A DNA stretch of 64,000 nucleotides from Gammaproteobacteria bacterium (GTDB lineage: Bacteria > Pseudomonadota > Gammaproteobacteria > G965277405). The notes beneath the pieces are model-generated. The model had not been told where the DNA came from and ran no database searches. It was given only the letters and a program-made list of their open reading frames with translations. The DNA lies in the NCBI GenBank assembly GCA_965277405.1, contig OZ255726.1, positions 448,001 to 512,000 of the forward strand, given 5' to 3'. Made by a program: the position numbers and the translations under genes. Position 1 is the first letter of the stretch. Each line of letters begins with the position of its first letter. Below are positions 26,525-37,304 of the stretch, piece by piece.

Positions 26525-26659
26525 ATGAAACGAACATACCAACCCAGTAATATCAAACGACACAGGACGCACGGTTTTCGTGCTCGTATGGCAACAAAAG
26601 CAGGTCGCGCAGTGCTTTCACGCCGCCGCGCCAAAGGCCGCCATAGACTTACTGTATAA
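26525..26659 (+). CDS. rpmH: 50S ribosomal protein L34
   Basis: Manual translation [44 protein letters not shown]. Confidence 0.97.
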   Translation: MKRTYQPSNIKRHRTHGFRARMATKAGRAVLSRRRAKGRHRLTV

Positions 26660-27019
26660 TTGCGTATTACCGCACTGAGCTCTGGCAAACAAATTTCGCT
26701 TGTCATCGCCCAACACACCTTCAAATGTCATCATGCGAATTTTGTCACGTTTGTGCGCACCAGTGATCAGCAACTATGTCGGTATGTCGCGATTATTGCC
26801 AATCGAAATATAAAAAACGCCGTGCTCCGCAACTACACAAAACGCATCATAAGAAATGCGCTACGCAGCTTTGATTGTGGTGTGCAATGCGACGTCGTGA
26901 TTATTGCTAAACGTGCTGCCAAGCAAGCCAATAAGGTGCAGCTGCGTGCAGCGATACAAAGCACTATGCGGCGTGTGCAAAAAAAACACACAGCTAGCAA
27001 CCTCTGCTTAAATCCATGA
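26660..27019 (+). CDS. rnpA: Ribonuclease P protein (divergent)
   Basis: Position between rpmH and yidD; KNAVLRNYTKRIIR and DVVIIAK. Confidence 0.8.
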   Translation: MRITALSSGKQISLVIAQHTFKCHHANFVTFVRTSDQQLCRYVAIIANRNIKNAVLRNYTKRIIRNALRSFDCGVQCDVVIIAKRAAKQANKVQLRAAIQSTMRRVQKKHTASNLCLNP

Positions 27020-27021
27020 TA

Positions 27022-27043
27022 CAGCGAGTTAACCAGAGGTTCC
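27022..27043 (-). repeat. Solo MITE terminal fragment
   Basis: CAGCGAGTTAACCAGAGGTTCC. Confidence 0.6.
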
Positions 27044-27055
27044 TCTACTCATAAC

Positions 27056-27310
27056 ATGCAAATGATACGCAAAACAGCTATAAAAATAGCAGTTGGAATT
27101 ATTCGAAGCTACCAACTGTGTCTTTCTCCATTACTACCAATGAGTTGTCGATACCTGCCGACGTGCTCTGAATATGCCATTGAAGCAATGCAACAACATG
27201 GTGTTGTATTCGGCAGTATTTTAACAATACAGCGTATTTGTAGCTGTCACCCATTTGGTGGACACGGCTATGACCCTGTGCCGCGCACAAAAAAAGTAAC
27301 AAAACAATAA
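27056..27310 (+). CDS. yidD: Membrane protein insertion efficiency factor
   Basis: CRYLPTCSEYA, CHPFGGHGYDPVP. Confidence 0.95.
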   Translation: MQMIRKTAIKIAVGIIRSYQLCLSPLLPMSCRYLPTCSEYAIEAMQQHGVVFGSILTIQRICSCHPFGGHGYDPVPRTKKVTKQ

Positions 27311-27319
27311 GGAACGAGA

Positions 27320-28918
27320 ATGAATATCCGCAAAGCAGCTAAATACCTTCGTTATAGTTTATATGTGGGGGTGGCGGTATTGTTGTACATGTGCTTCTTG
27401 CAGTGGGGGCATATGTTCTCCGTAATTCCAGACACAAATCAAAGTTCTGATGCAACAGCTGTGCAAATCCCAGGCGCAATACAGCCACAAGAGATACCGA
27501 GAAATCATGTCGTATTACGCAATGACGTGCTCGATCTCGAAATAGACTTATACGGCGGCGATATAGTGAGCAGTAAGTTATTGGCGTATGCAGTTAGCAA
27601 AGTTGATGCCACTCCAGTATCGTTATTGGAAGACTCTGACACCAAAAAATACATCGCTCAAAGTGGCTTAATTAGTAATGTATCAGGCATCAACACCACC
27701 AAATTAAACTACACAACAACACAAAATACGAGGATCCTTGCCGACGGTGAGGATACGGTTTCTCTCACATTAACCAGTATAGTCAATGATGTGGTGTTTA
27801 CCAAAGTGTATAGTTTACAAAGAGGGAGTAATGCGATTGATGTTGCGCATTCGCTACAAAATAATAGCATGGCAACGATCAGCACGCGGCTATATGGACA
27901 GATTATTAACGATGGCAAAGTCCCTGAATTTGACAATGGGCTGCAAATAAAACCATTTGACGGCATCGCCACAACAACCGCAGCAACAAGTTATCTCAAG
28001 AAAAAATTTGCTGACTTAGCAGAAGAACCGCTCGATGTTCGCGTCAAAGGCGGATGGATAGCAGTGTTGCAGCATTATTTTGTTTCTGCTTGGATTCCTG
28101 ATCCAAACCAAGAATATCGCTATCAAAGCAATCTACGCAAAGACGGGTTGTATGTGCTCGGTTTTGTTGGTGATTCCCAAGAAGTGCTACCAAACGCAAC
28201 GCTGACGTTGTTGAGCAAATTATACACTGGACCAAAACTTGCCAAAGTACTAGAAGCCCTTGCCCCCAACCTCGACTTGGTTATTGATTTTGGCTGGCTG
28301 TGGTTTATTTCTAAATACTTAGTGTTATTCCTCAATTATATTCAAGGAATTATACCTAACTGGGGAATTGCGATCATTGCGCTGACATTCTGTGTGAAGT
28401 TGGTGTTCTTCCCATTATCGCAAGCAGGGTACCGCTCCATGGCAAATATGCGCAAATTCACCCCAGAGATTCAGCGGTTGCGTGAAACATATGGTCATGA
28501 TAAACAAAAATTATCACAAGAAACTATGGCATTGTATAAACGGGAGCGCATCAATCCAGTTGGAGGTTGTCTGCCAATTCTCGTGCAAATGCCTGTATTC
28601 ATCGCCTTATATTGGGCACTTGTCGAAAGTGTCGAGCTGCGGCACGCACCATTTTTTCTGTGGGTGCAAGATTTATCCGCGCTTGACCCATACTTTGTCT
28701 TACCATTGCTGATGGGCGCCTCCATGTATGTCCAGCAAATGCTCAACCCAACACCACCGGACCCATTACAAGCAAAAATATTTCGTTGGATGCCAGTGGC
28801 GTTTACCGTGATGTTTCTCTGGTTCCCATCTGGCTTAGTGTTGTATTGGCTTACCAATAATGTCCTATCAATTATCCAGCAATATATTATTACCAAGCGG
28901 ATTGCAACCGCCAAATAA
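27320..28918 (+). CDS. yidC: Membrane protein insertase
   Basis: DFGWLWF, NWGIAII, NPVGGCLPIL.QMP.F, LYWLTNN. Confidence 0.96.
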   Translation: MNIRKAAKYLRYSLYVGVAVLLYMCFLQWGHMFSVIPDTNQSSDATAVQIPGAIQPQEIPRNHVVLRNDVLDLEIDLYGGDIVSSKLLAYAVSKVDATPVSLLEDSDTKKYIAQSGLISNVSGINTTKLNYTTTQNTRILADGEDTVSLTLTSIVNDVVFTKVYSLQRGSNAIDVAHSLQNNSMATISTRLYGQIINDGKVPEFDNGLQIKPFDGIATTTAATSYLKKKFADLAEEPLDVRVKGGWIAVLQHYFVSAWIPDPNQEYRYQSNLRKDGLYVLGFVGDSQEVLPNATLTLLSKLYTGPKLAKVLEALAPNLDLVIDFGWLWFISKYLVLFLNYIQGIIPNWGIAIIALTFCVKLVFFPLSQAGYRSMANMRKFTPEIQRLRETYGHDKQKLSQETMALYKRERINPVGGCLPILVQMPVFIALYWALVESVELRHAPFFLWVQDLSALDPYFVLPLLMGASMYVQQMLNPTPPDPLQAKIFRWMPVAFTVMFLWFPSGLVLYWLTNNVLSIIQQYIITKRIATAK

Positions 28919-28977
28919 CCACCAACAATGCGTTCAACGGACTGTTGCCAGCCATAGACCTGTAAGATTGTATTGCC

Positions 28978-30318
28978 ATGGACGACACAATTGTTGCTAT
29001 TGCCACCGCACCAGGTCATGCAGGCGTGGCAGTTATCCGCATGTCTGGCAAAGCATCACTTAATGTAGCAAGCATAATTTGCAACGCCTGGCATGGCACA
29101 CAGCCAACACCCAGACTGGCGTACTCCACACGGTTTGTGACAGGTGATGAGACAATAGACAGCGGGCTGGCACTGTATTTTGCCGCTCCAGCTAGTTTTA
29201 CTGGAGAAGATGTTGTCGAGTTGCATTGTCATGGCAGCCCAGTGGTCTTGCAGCAACTGCTGCAATTAGCGTGTACCTTTAGCGATGTCCGCATGGCAGC
29301 AGCTGGTGAATTTAGCCAACGCGCCTTTGCCAATGGCAAGCTAGATCTTGCCCAAGCAGAGGCGATTGCCGACCTTATCAATGCAGGCTCCATTGCTCAA
29401 GTGCGTGCGGCGCAACGTTCGTTACAAGGCGAGTTTTCGCAACAAATCAACGCATTGCTGGAACGGATAATATCGTTACGGGGACTAACAGAAGTAACCA
29501 TAGATTTTAGCGATCAAGACCATGGTGGTGAGCTTGGTGCCGTGCAGCAGCATATTCAAGCATTGGATACTGCTGTTGCCGAACTACTGGAGCGCGCCCA
29601 AGCAGGTGTCGCGTTGAGTAGTACTAGAGAAATTGCCATTGTCGGCGCACCAAATACTGGCAAATCAAGCCTACTCAATGCCTTATTGGAATGCGATAGG
29701 GCGATCGTTTCTGCCATAGCAGGAGCAACAAGAGACAGCATCAGCGAAGACTGTTATATTGCTGGACAGCGTTTTCGTATTACCGATACTGCTGGAATTC
29801 GTGATACAACTGACCCGCTTGAACAACAAGGAGTCGCCCGCAGTCAACAACTTGTAACCGCAGCTGATGTTATTTTATTGGTGTATGACGGCGAGCAGAC
29901 AGACGTCTACAATGCCTTAACGCACCACGACGATATCAGCGCACGCGTACTTGCGGTGCGCAATAAAATAGACCAAATCACCCCGCCGTATCAGCAACAC
30001 CCTGCTGGATTGCCAACATTGCATATTAGCGTGCATAGCGGCGTAGGAATGGACGCTCTGCAGCGGGCAATCAGCGATAGGCTATACAGCGATGTTGACA
30101 CAACAACGTGCAGTGCTCGAGCGCGACACGTCACCGCGTTACAGCACACCAAAACCGCGGTAGCAGCAGCGCTGCGCGCCGCACAGCAGCAGCATGGACT
30201 GGAAATTATCGCCGTAGAGTTGCGTAGCGCTCAAGACCATCTGAGTGAAATCACCGGCAGGTTTGCCAATGAAGACCTGCTGGATTCTATTTTCTCGTCG
30301 TTTTGTTTAGGAAAATAG
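28978..30318 (+). CDS. mnmE: tRNA modification GTPase
   Basis: DTIVAIAT, SFTGEDVVE..HG, GAPNTGKSS, DTAG, IFSSFCLGK. Confidence 0.96.
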   Translation: MDDTIVAIATAPGHAGVAVIRMSGKASLNVASIICNAWHGTQPTPRLAYSTRFVTGDETIDSGLALYFAAPASFTGEDVVELHCHGSPVVLQQLLQLACTFSDVRMAAAGEFSQRAFANGKLDLAQAEAIADLINAGSIAQVRAAQRSLQGEFSQQINALLERIISLRGLTEVTIDFSDQDHGGELGAVQQHIQALDTAVAELLERAQAGVALSSTREIAIVGAPNTGKSSLLNALLECDRAIVSAIAGATRDSISEDCYIAGQRFRITDTAGIRDTTDPLEQQGVARSQQLVTAADVILLVYDGEQTDVYNALTHHDDISARVLAVRNKIDQITPPYQQHPAGLPTLHISVHSGVGMDALQRAISDRLYSDVDTTTCSARARHVTALQHTKTAVAAALRAAQQQHGLEIIAVELRSAQDHLSEITGRFANEDLLDSIFSSFCLGK

Positions 30319-30380
30319 TCGCAATAGCGGTGGGCAAATATGCAACGCATGTTTGGGTATAGCAAAGTCCGCTAGCGGCG

Positions 30381-30492
30381 ACTTAAGCAGAGCTTCCTTA
30401 GGGAAGAAAAACAAAAAGTCAACTTCTTAGTCTGTTGTTTTTGAACATCAATGCGTCGAGAAACTTAACAGTAGGAATTATTCAGAGCTGCC
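30381..30492. repeat. MITE TIR fragments
   Basis: ACTTAAGCAGAGCTTCC|TTAG at 30381-30397 and TTATTCAGAGCTGCC|ATAG ending at 30492. Confidence 0.55.
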
Positions 30493-30672
30493 ATAGTATT
30501 CAAGCAACAATACTTAAAAGTGAATAAAAAGTTACAACAATAATTTTTATTCACCGCTGGAATGTTGTAGACTGTGGATGGAGGATTACGAACGGTCTCT
30601 GATTAAATCATAGCAGCGCTGCTATCGTCAACTTGATCAGTGGTATTGAAAACACACTAAAGGAGGAAAACC

Positions 30673-32409
30673 ATGCAACCATGGTCTAAAATAAAAGTCG
30701 CACTTGCGCTAGCAGCAGTTGTTGCTACCAGTCCAGTATGCGCCGACGGTGACGCTGCTAAAAGATGGATTGATGCAGAGTTTCAGCCGTCAACGTTGAA
30801 TAAAGCCGAACAAATGGAAGAAATGGCTTGGTTTGTAGCTGCGGGAAAACCATATGTCGGCATGGAAATCAATGTGCTTTCAGAAACGATTCCAACCCAC
30901 TCTTATGAAAGTAAAGTGTTGGCAAAAGCATTTGCCGAAATTACTGGTATTAAGGTTAATCATCAATTGCTTGGTGAAGGTGAAGTTGTCCAAGCTGTGC
31001 AAACACAAATGCAGACACAACGTAATTTGTATGATGCGTATGTGAATGACTCTGATTTAATCGGCACGCACTCACGCTTGCAGTTAGCGCGCAACTTGAG
31101 TGATTGGATGAAACATGAGGGAAAAGACGTCACAAATCCAAAACTTGATTTAGACGATTTCATGGGGATTTCGTTTACAACTGGTGCTGATGGTGATTTA
31201 TACCAACTGCCAGACCAACAATTTGTCAATCTGTATTGGTTCCGTAAAGACTGGTTTGACAACCCTAAATACCAAGCGGATTTTAAAAAACGCTATGGCT
31301 ATGAACTCGGGGTTCCGATCAATTGGTCTGCATACGAAGATATAGCAGAATTTTTTACTGTATACGTAAAAAACATTGATGGTGTGCGGGTATACGGCCA
31401 TATGGATTATGGTAAACGAGCTCCTGACCTCGGTTGGCGGATGACGGATGCTTGGCTGTCGATGGCTGGTGCTGGTTCTAAAGGTTTGCCAAATGGTATT
31501 CCAATCGATGAATGGGGTATCCGCATGGAGGCAGGAACGTGTAACCCAGTTGGCGCGAGTGTTACCCGTGGTGGTGCAACCAATGGTGCAGCTGCTGTGT
31601 ATGCAATCCGCAAATGGGATGAATGGTTACGCGCGTACGCGCCCCCTAGCGCTGCAAGCTATGACTTTTATCAATCGTTGCCTGCATTGAGTCAAGGAAA
31701 TGTCGCCCAACAAATTTTTTGGTACTCAGCCTTCACTGCCGATATGGTGAAACCAAAATCAGCAGGGAATAACACTGTTGATGACAATGGCACCCCATTA
31801 TGGCGGATGGCGCCAAGCCCGCATGGACCGTATTGGGAAACAGGGCAGAAACTCGGATATCAAGATGCAGGTTCGTGGACTATCATGAAGTCGACACCGC
31901 TGAAGCGTGCGCAAGCTGCATGGTTATACGCGCAATTTGTCGTCTCCAAAACAGTTGATGTGAAAAAAAGCCACGTGGGTTTGACATTTATCCGCGATTC
32001 AACGGTGCGGGATCAATCATTCACTGATCGTGCGCCAAAGCTTGGAGGATTGATTGAGTTCTATCGTTCACCTGACCGTGTGATGTGGAGTCCGACTGGT
32101 GTTAATGTTCCAGATTATCCAAAATTAGCTCAAATTTGGTGGCAGCAAATTGGCGATGTAAATTCAGGTGCATTTAGCCCACAACAAGCAATGGACCGTT
32201 TGGCAGAAGAAATGGATACCACTATGGCGCGTATGGAAGTTGCTGATAAAGCGGCAAACGTTTACGGCGGTTGTGGTCCACGCTTAAATCCTAAAAAATC
32301 AGCTGCTGACTGGGTGGGCAAAGGTGGTGCAAAACCAAAACTTGCGAATGAAAAACCACAAGGTGAAACTATCGCATATGAAGAACTGATACAACGCTGG
32401 CAGCAATAA
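30673..32409 (+). CDS. ABC transporter substrate-binding protein, glycerol-type (GlpV-like)
   Basis: Signal peptide; SETIPTHSYES, YQLPDQQF, GYQDAGSW, PTGVNVPDYPKL; operon layout matches rhizobial glpSTPQUV-type systems. Confidence 0.85.
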   Translation: MQPWSKIKVALALAAVVATSPVCADGDAAKRWIDAEFQPSTLNKAEQMEEMAWFVAAGKPYVGMEINVLSETIPTHSYESKVLAKAFAEITGIKVNHQLLGEGEVVQAVQTQMQTQRNLYDAYVNDSDLIGTHSRLQLARNLSDWMKHEGKDVTNPKLDLDDFMGISFTTGADGDLYQLPDQQFVNLYWFRKDWFDNPKYQADFKKRYGYELGVPINWSAYEDIAEFFTVYVKNIDGVRVYGHMDYGKRAPDLGWRMTDAWLSMAGAGSKGLPNGIPIDEWGIRMEAGTCNPVGASVTRGGATNGAAAVYAIRKWDEWLRAYAPPSAASYDFYQSLPALSQGNVAQQIFWYSAFTADMVKPKSAGNNTVDDNGTPLWRMAPSPHGPYWETGQKLGYQDAGSWTIMKSTPLKRAQAAWLYAQFVVSKTVDVKKSHVGLTFIRDSTVRDQSFTDRAPKLGGLIEFYRSPDRVMWSPTGVNVPDYPKLAQIWWQQIGDVNSGAFSPQQAMDRLAEEMDTTMARMEVADKAANVYGGCGPRLNPKKSAADWVGKGGAKPKLANEKPQGETIAYEELIQRWQQ

Positions 32410-32447
32410 CACTGTATCCACGCGCGTACGCGCGCGTGGACTGTGTT
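32408..32447 (+). terminator. GC-rich stem-loop after the binding-protein gene (terminator or mRNA stabiliser)
   Basis: TCCACGCGCG-TACG-CGCGCGTGGA. Confidence 0.6.
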
Positions 32448-32540
32448 TGCTGGAGACTCAAAATCGTGCTATCAAGCCGTTGACGCGTAATGTTATACGC
32501 GATTGTCGGTGTTAATTTTGCTGCTACTTGATGTATTATA

Positions 32541-33605
32541 ATGCTCGAACTACACCAAATATCTAAAACTGTTGGATTGCAGCCGCATATCTATCCAACC
32601 AGCATCACTTTTGCCCGCGATGGTCTGAACATTCTGTTAGGCCCAACCAATGCTGGTAAGACAACCTTGATGAAAATTATTGCCGGGCTTGATTCAATAA
32701 GCACAGGGAGAATTACCTTCGATGGCAAAACCATCCATACCCTGACTCCGCAACAACGCAACGTTAGCTTTGTCCATCAGCTTTTTATTAATTACCCGCA
32801 TTTAACAACGTTTGAAAACATTGCCTCGCCATTGCGCGTGCAAAAATTGAGTTATGACGAAGTTTTTGACGCAGTCACTGCAGCTGCAAAAGTACTCCAA
32901 ATAGACCATTTACTCGATAAATATCCGCACACACTGTCAGGCGGTCAGCAACAACGCGTGGCGTTGGCGCGTGCGGTAATTAAAAAAAGTGACATCGTAT
33001 TACTCGATGAACCATTAGCAAATCTCGACTACAAATTGCGTGAAGAATTGCGCGAACAGTTACCAACTATTTTTGCCAGTAGAGGGGCGGTGGTAATTTA
33101 TGCAACCTCTGACCCGAACGAAGCGTTGATTTTACAAGGTAGGACTGCGGCGATATACGACGGGCGCGCCATTCAGTTTGGGGCAACATCGTCTGTATAC
33201 CATCGTCCAAATAATTTAGCAGCTGCGCAGGTATTTTCTGATCCGCCCCTGAACACCCACCGAGTTGTCAAAAAAAACCAGACGATGCATTTTAATGAGA
33301 AAGTTTCATGGCAGCTCCAAGGTGACGAACTAGCGCTGCCAGATGGTGAATATACCCTAGGCATTCGCGCGCATGACGTGTATACCGAGCAGACGATGCC
33401 GCGGATGTTTGCGCTAGATGGCACGGTGATGGTGAGTGAAATAAGCGGTTCTGCAAGCACCGCGCGCATCGATATTGCTGATTCATTCTGGGTGACGCAG
33501 TCATCTGGTGTGCACGAGTACCCGCTGGGTGAGTCAAAAACATTCTATGCGGATTTACAGAAGTGCTATTATTTTAACGCAGACGGAAGCATCGGTCATG
33601 GCTAA
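32541..33605 (+). CDS. ABC ATPase (GlpS-like)
   Basis: GPTNAGKT, LSGGQQQR, LLDEPLANLD. Confidence 0.9.
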   Translation: MLELHQISKTVGLQPHIYPTSITFARDGLNILLGPTNAGKTTLMKIIAGLDSISTGRITFDGKTIHTLTPQQRNVSFVHQLFINYPHLTTFENIASPLRVQKLSYDEVFDAVTAAAKVLQIDHLLDKYPHTLSGGQQQRVALARAVIKKSDIVLLDEPLANLDYKLREELREQLPTIFASRGAVVIYATSDPNEALILQGRTAAIYDGRAIQFGATSSVYHRPNNLAAAQVFSDPPLNTHRVVKKNQTMHFNEKVSWQLQGDELALPDGEYTLGIRAHDVYTEQTMPRMFALDGTVMVSEISGSASTARIDIADSFWVTQSSGVHEYPLGESKTFYADLQKCYYFNADGSIGHG

Positions 33606-34668
33606 TATTTCGTTACAAAATATCCGCCATAGCTACATAGATAATCCACAGCAGGATAGTGACTATGCATTGCGCAACATTGATATTGAATGGCAGGACG
33701 GTGGGGCATATGCATTGCTCGGACCATCTGGATGCGGCAAATCGACTGTATTAAATCTAATTTCAGGGTTAATTCAACCAAGCAACGGCAAGATTTTATT
33801 TAACGGTGAGGACGTAACCAATACAACACCAGAACTGCGGAACATTGCCCAAGTATTTCAGTTCCCTGTTATTTACGACACCATGACGGTTGCTGAAAAT
33901 TTAGCTTTTCCGTTAAAAAATCAAGGTCTCTCAAAAGCGCATATTGATGATCGGGTGGCATTGATTGCGCAGCTACTCGACATTGAGGATATTCTATTAA
34001 ATACAGCAAATAATGTATCTGCAGATAACAAACAGAAAATTTCTATGGGGCGCGGTTTGGTGCGTAAAGATGTCAATGTAATCATGTTTGATGAACCGCT
34101 TACAGTGATTGACCCGCATAAAAAATGGCAGTTGCGCTCGAAGCTGAAAGAACTCCATAAAAAAGTAAATATCACGATGATTTACGTCACCCATGACCAG
34201 ACAGAAGCATTGACATTTGCTGAGCAAGTCGTGGTAATGCAAACTGGTAAAATTATCCAGCAAGGCAGTCCTGATGAGTTATTCGAACAACCAAAACACA
34301 CGTTTGTTGGGCATTTTATTGGCTCACCAGGCATGAATTTTTTGCGTTGTCACGTGCGCCAAGGCAGCGCATTCCTGAATGGTTTTCCCATTGATATAGC
34401 ACCTGTCGAGCAGGGTATTCGCGATGGCGAATATCAACTCGGCATCCGCCCAGAGTTTGTGCAGGTTGTCGCCAATGGCATACCTGCACGGGTTGTCAAA
34501 TCAGTCGATATGGGGCGATACACCTTGGTTACAGCAATGATTGCTGAGCAAACCATCCACGCGGTGATTGCCGCTGGGGTTGCAATTACTGCAACCGCTA
34601 TTCAGCTAGCATTTGATGTTGAGAAAACCTTCATTTATAAAGACGACTGGATGGTGGCAACACAATGA
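33598..34668 (+). CDS. ABC ATPase (GlpT-like)
   Basis: GPSGCGKS, FDEPLTVID, YVTHDQ; start ATG 33598. Confidence 0.9.
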   Translation: MANISLQNIRHSYIDNPQQDSDYALRNIDIEWQDGGAYALLGPSGCGKSTVLNLISGLIQPSNGKILFNGEDVTNTTPELRNIAQVFQFPVIYDTMTVAENLAFPLKNQGLSKAHIDDRVALIAQLLDIEDILLNTANNVSADNKQKISMGRGLVRKDVNVIMFDEPLTVIDPHKKWQLRSKLKELHKKVNITMIYVTHDQTEALTFAEQVVVMQTGKIIQQGSPDELFEQPKHTFVGHFIGSPGMNFLRCHVRQGSAFLNGFPIDIAPVEQGIRDGEYQLGIRPEFVQVVANGIPARVVKSVDMGRYTLVTAMIAEQTIHAVIAAGVAITATAIQLAFDVEKTFIYKDDWMVATQ

Positions 34669-35519
34669 AAGCAATCAACCATACAGCGTGGTGGTTGGTT
34701 ACCCCAGTCGTAGTCCTTGTTGCGTTTAACGCGTTAATTCCGCTGATGACAGTTGTGAATTACTCGTTGCAAGAAACATTTGGCAACAACGTGTTCTTTT
34801 GGCAGGGCTCTGATTGGTTTGAGCAAATTCTTCATTCACAACGCTTTCATGCTGCACTCGGGCGTCAGTTTTTATTTACCGGGTTAATTTTGGCTATAGA
34901 GGTGCCGCTTGGTGTGGCGATTGCATTGTCGATGCCGCGCTCAGGGTGGGGTGTTTCAGTATGCTTGGTACTGATGGCGTTGCCGTTATTGATTCCTTGG
35001 AATGTTGTCGGGGCTATGTGGAATATTTTTACTCTACCAGATATTGGGCTATTGGGGTATACCCTGAACTCAATAGGGATTAACTATAACATGACCCAAA
35101 GTGTATTCGCCGCTTGGGCAACGTTGATTATCATGGACGTCTGGCATTGGACTTCATTGGTAGTGCTGTTGACGTATGCGGGGTTGGTATCGATTCCAGA
35201 AGTATATTACCAGGCAGCAAAAATAGATGGCGCGAGCAGTTGGGCGGTATTTAGCTATATTCAATTGCCAAAAGTCAAGCATGTGTTGGTTATTGCGGTG
35301 CTGCTGCGTTTTATGGATTCGTTCATGATTTATACCGAACCATTTGTGCTAACTGGTGGTGGACCTGGAAATTCAACAACATTACTTTCAATAGATTTAG
35401 TAAAAATAGCGCTTGGTCAGTTTGACCTTGGACCAGCGGCGGCGATGTCGCTAGTATATTTCTTGATCACACTCCTTGTATCGTGGGTATTTTATACTGT
35501 AATGACTAAAAATGATTAA
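34665..35519 (+). CDS. Carbohydrate ABC permease
   Basis: EAA-like loop YQAAKIDGAS; TGGGPG. Confidence 0.9.
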   Translation: MKAINHTAWWLVTPVVVLVAFNALIPLMTVVNYSLQETFGNNVFFWQGSDWFEQILHSQRFHAALGRQFLFTGLILAIEVPLGVAIALSMPRSGWGVSVCLVLMALPLLIPWNVVGAMWNIFTLPDIGLLGYTLNSIGINYNMTQSVFAAWATLIIMDVWHWTSLVVLLTYAGLVSIPEVYYQAAKIDGASSWAVFSYIQLPKVKHVLVIAVLLRFMDSFMIYTEPFVLTGGGPGNSTTLLSIDLVKIALGQFDLGPAAAMSLVYFLITLLVSWVFYTVMTKND

Positions 35520-35540
35520 ATTCTTTTCAATTCCAACAGC

Positions 35541-36347
35541 ATGATACGGATGCGTAAACGGCAGTTAGTTACTATTTGTTACATCGTGTTTTTGCTGTTG
35601 CCAATCTATTGGTTGATTGCGATGAGTTTTAAATCGACTAATGAGATTTTAGGCGGATTTTCATTGTTTCCACAAGAATGGACTCTAGCCAACTACAAGG
35701 TTATTTTCACAGATCCGACATGGTATGTTGGCTATTTTAACTCTATGAGTTATGTGGCTATCAACACGGTCATATCTGTGAGCGTTGCATTACCCGCAGC
35801 GTATGCGTTTTCGCGGTATCAATTCCTTGGTGATAAGCATTTATTCTTTTGGTTGTTGACCAACAGAATGGCGCCACCGGCGGTGTTTGCACTGCCGTTT
35901 TTTCAATTGTATTCATCGGTTGGATTATTTGACACCCACTTAGCTGTAGCGCTCGCGCATTGCTTGTTTAACATCCCTTTAGCAGTGTGGATTTTGGAGG
36001 GGTTTATGTCTTCCGTTCCCAAAGAACTCGATGAAATTGCCTACGTAGATGGGTATTCATTCCCGCGGTTTTTCTTTAAAATATTGTTGCCAAATGTCAA
36101 AGCAGGGGTTGGGGTTACAGCATTTTTTTGTTTTATGTTTTCGTGGGTAGAACTACTACTTGCCAAAACATTGACATCAGTCGACGCCAAGCCAATCGCA
36201 GCTATTATGACCAAAACAGCCTCTAGTGCTGGCTATGAACTTGGATTGTTGGCCGCAGCTGGCTGCTTAACTCTTATCCCAGGAGTAATTGTGATTTATT
36301 TTGTGCGGAATTATATCGCCCGTGGTTTTGCATTAGGAAGGGTGTAA
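35541..36347 (+). CDS. Carbohydrate ABC permease
   Basis: ELDEIAYVDG, RMAPPAVF. Confidence 0.9.
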   Translation: MIRMRKRQLVTICYIVFLLLPIYWLIAMSFKSTNEILGGFSLFPQEWTLANYKVIFTDPTWYVGYFNSMSYVAINTVISVSVALPAAYAFSRYQFLGDKHLFFWLLTNRMAPPAVFALPFFQLYSSVGLFDTHLAVALAHCLFNIPLAVWILEGFMSSVPKELDEIAYVDGYSFPRFFFKILLPNVKAGVGVTAFFCFMFSWVELLLAKTLTSVDAKPIAAIMTKTASSAGYELGLLAAAGCLTLIPGVIVIYFVRNYIARGFALGRV

Positions 36348-36625
36348 TGTTGACATGGATGGCATGGACGTGGCCAGCAGCGTTGTTTTTTATATTCATC
36401 GGACTAGGTATCGTTATCATTGGTGTTAGCCATGTACTGTGGCCGAGTACAGGACCACGCAAAGGCGTGTTTTTTATCAAGACAACCCGCGGCGATAGAT
36501 TGTTTATTTCGTTGTTAGGCGGGTGTTGTATTATGCTCGGGTGGCTCGGCTGGTACGGTACGCCGCTGTGGGGAGGGTTGCTAATTGCAGTCGCGTGGCT
36601 GGTATTCGTATTTGTTAAGGTCTGA
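36347..36625 (+). CDS. DUF2160 small membrane protein (GlpU-like)
   Basis: WMAWTWP, TTRGDRLFISLLG. Confidence 0.85.
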   Translation: MLTWMAWTWPAALFFIFIGLGIVIIGVSHVLWPSTGPRKGVFFIKTTRGDRLFISLLGGCCIMLGWLGWYGTPLWGGLLIAVAWLVFVFVKV

Positions 36626-36660
36626 CTGCATCCAGTATTTTGTTCCCTGCCACAAAATTC

Positions 36661-37227
36661 TCAAGGTGAATTGCTAGACTTCCATTTAATGCTGCACCCT
36701 ATCGATGGAATTTGCGGCTGTGGTGGCGGCTTACCTGCTAACAGCGCATCGACTGCACCGCGGATGTCTGTACCGCTAACTTTGACTCCATTCCCTGGGC
36801 GCGAGCCATCAAACTGACCACGGTAGAACAGTGTATGCTGCGCATCGAAAACAAAAAAATCTGGGGTGCACGCGGCTGAATATGCTTTGGCAACGCTTTG
36901 TTGTTCATCAAACAAGTACTGATACACCAGTTGGTGCTCGTTGACTTCATCGATCATTTTTTCTGGGCTATCGGCTGGGTAGTTGGCAACATCGTTGGAG
37001 TTTATCCCAATGACGACCACTCCTTTTTGCTGCACATCAGCAGCAAATATGTTGATTTCACTACGCAGGTGTTTGACAAACGGGCAGTGATTGCTCAAAA
37101 ACATCACCACTAACGGACTGCCGCTATGCTCAATGAGGCTGACCTGCTTGCCAGAATGAGGGTTTGGTAACACAAAATTAGCTGCACGGCTGTGCAGCGC
37201 AACCATTGTCGACTCAACTGCTGCCAT
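36661..37227 (-). CDS. Thioredoxin/AhpC-TSA family protein
   Basis: NHCPFV, YPADSPE, AACTPDFF, SIGCSIKW. Confidence 0.9.
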   Translation of the reverse strand: MAAVESTMVALHSRAANFVLPNPHSGKQVSLIEHSGSPLVVMFLSNHCPFVKHLRSEINIFAADVQQKGVVVIGINSNDVANYPADSPEKMIDEVNEHQLVYQYLFDEQQSVAKAYSAACTPDFFVFDAQHTLFYRGQFDGSRPGNGVKVSGTDIRGAVDALLAGKPPPQPQIPSIGCSIKWKSSNSP

Positions 37228-37304
37228 GATGACCTCCGCGTGTTATAGTATCCGCAGCGGAAAACCATGGGTTTTTACCTAACTCTGCGGATGTCATTTA
37301 AAAT

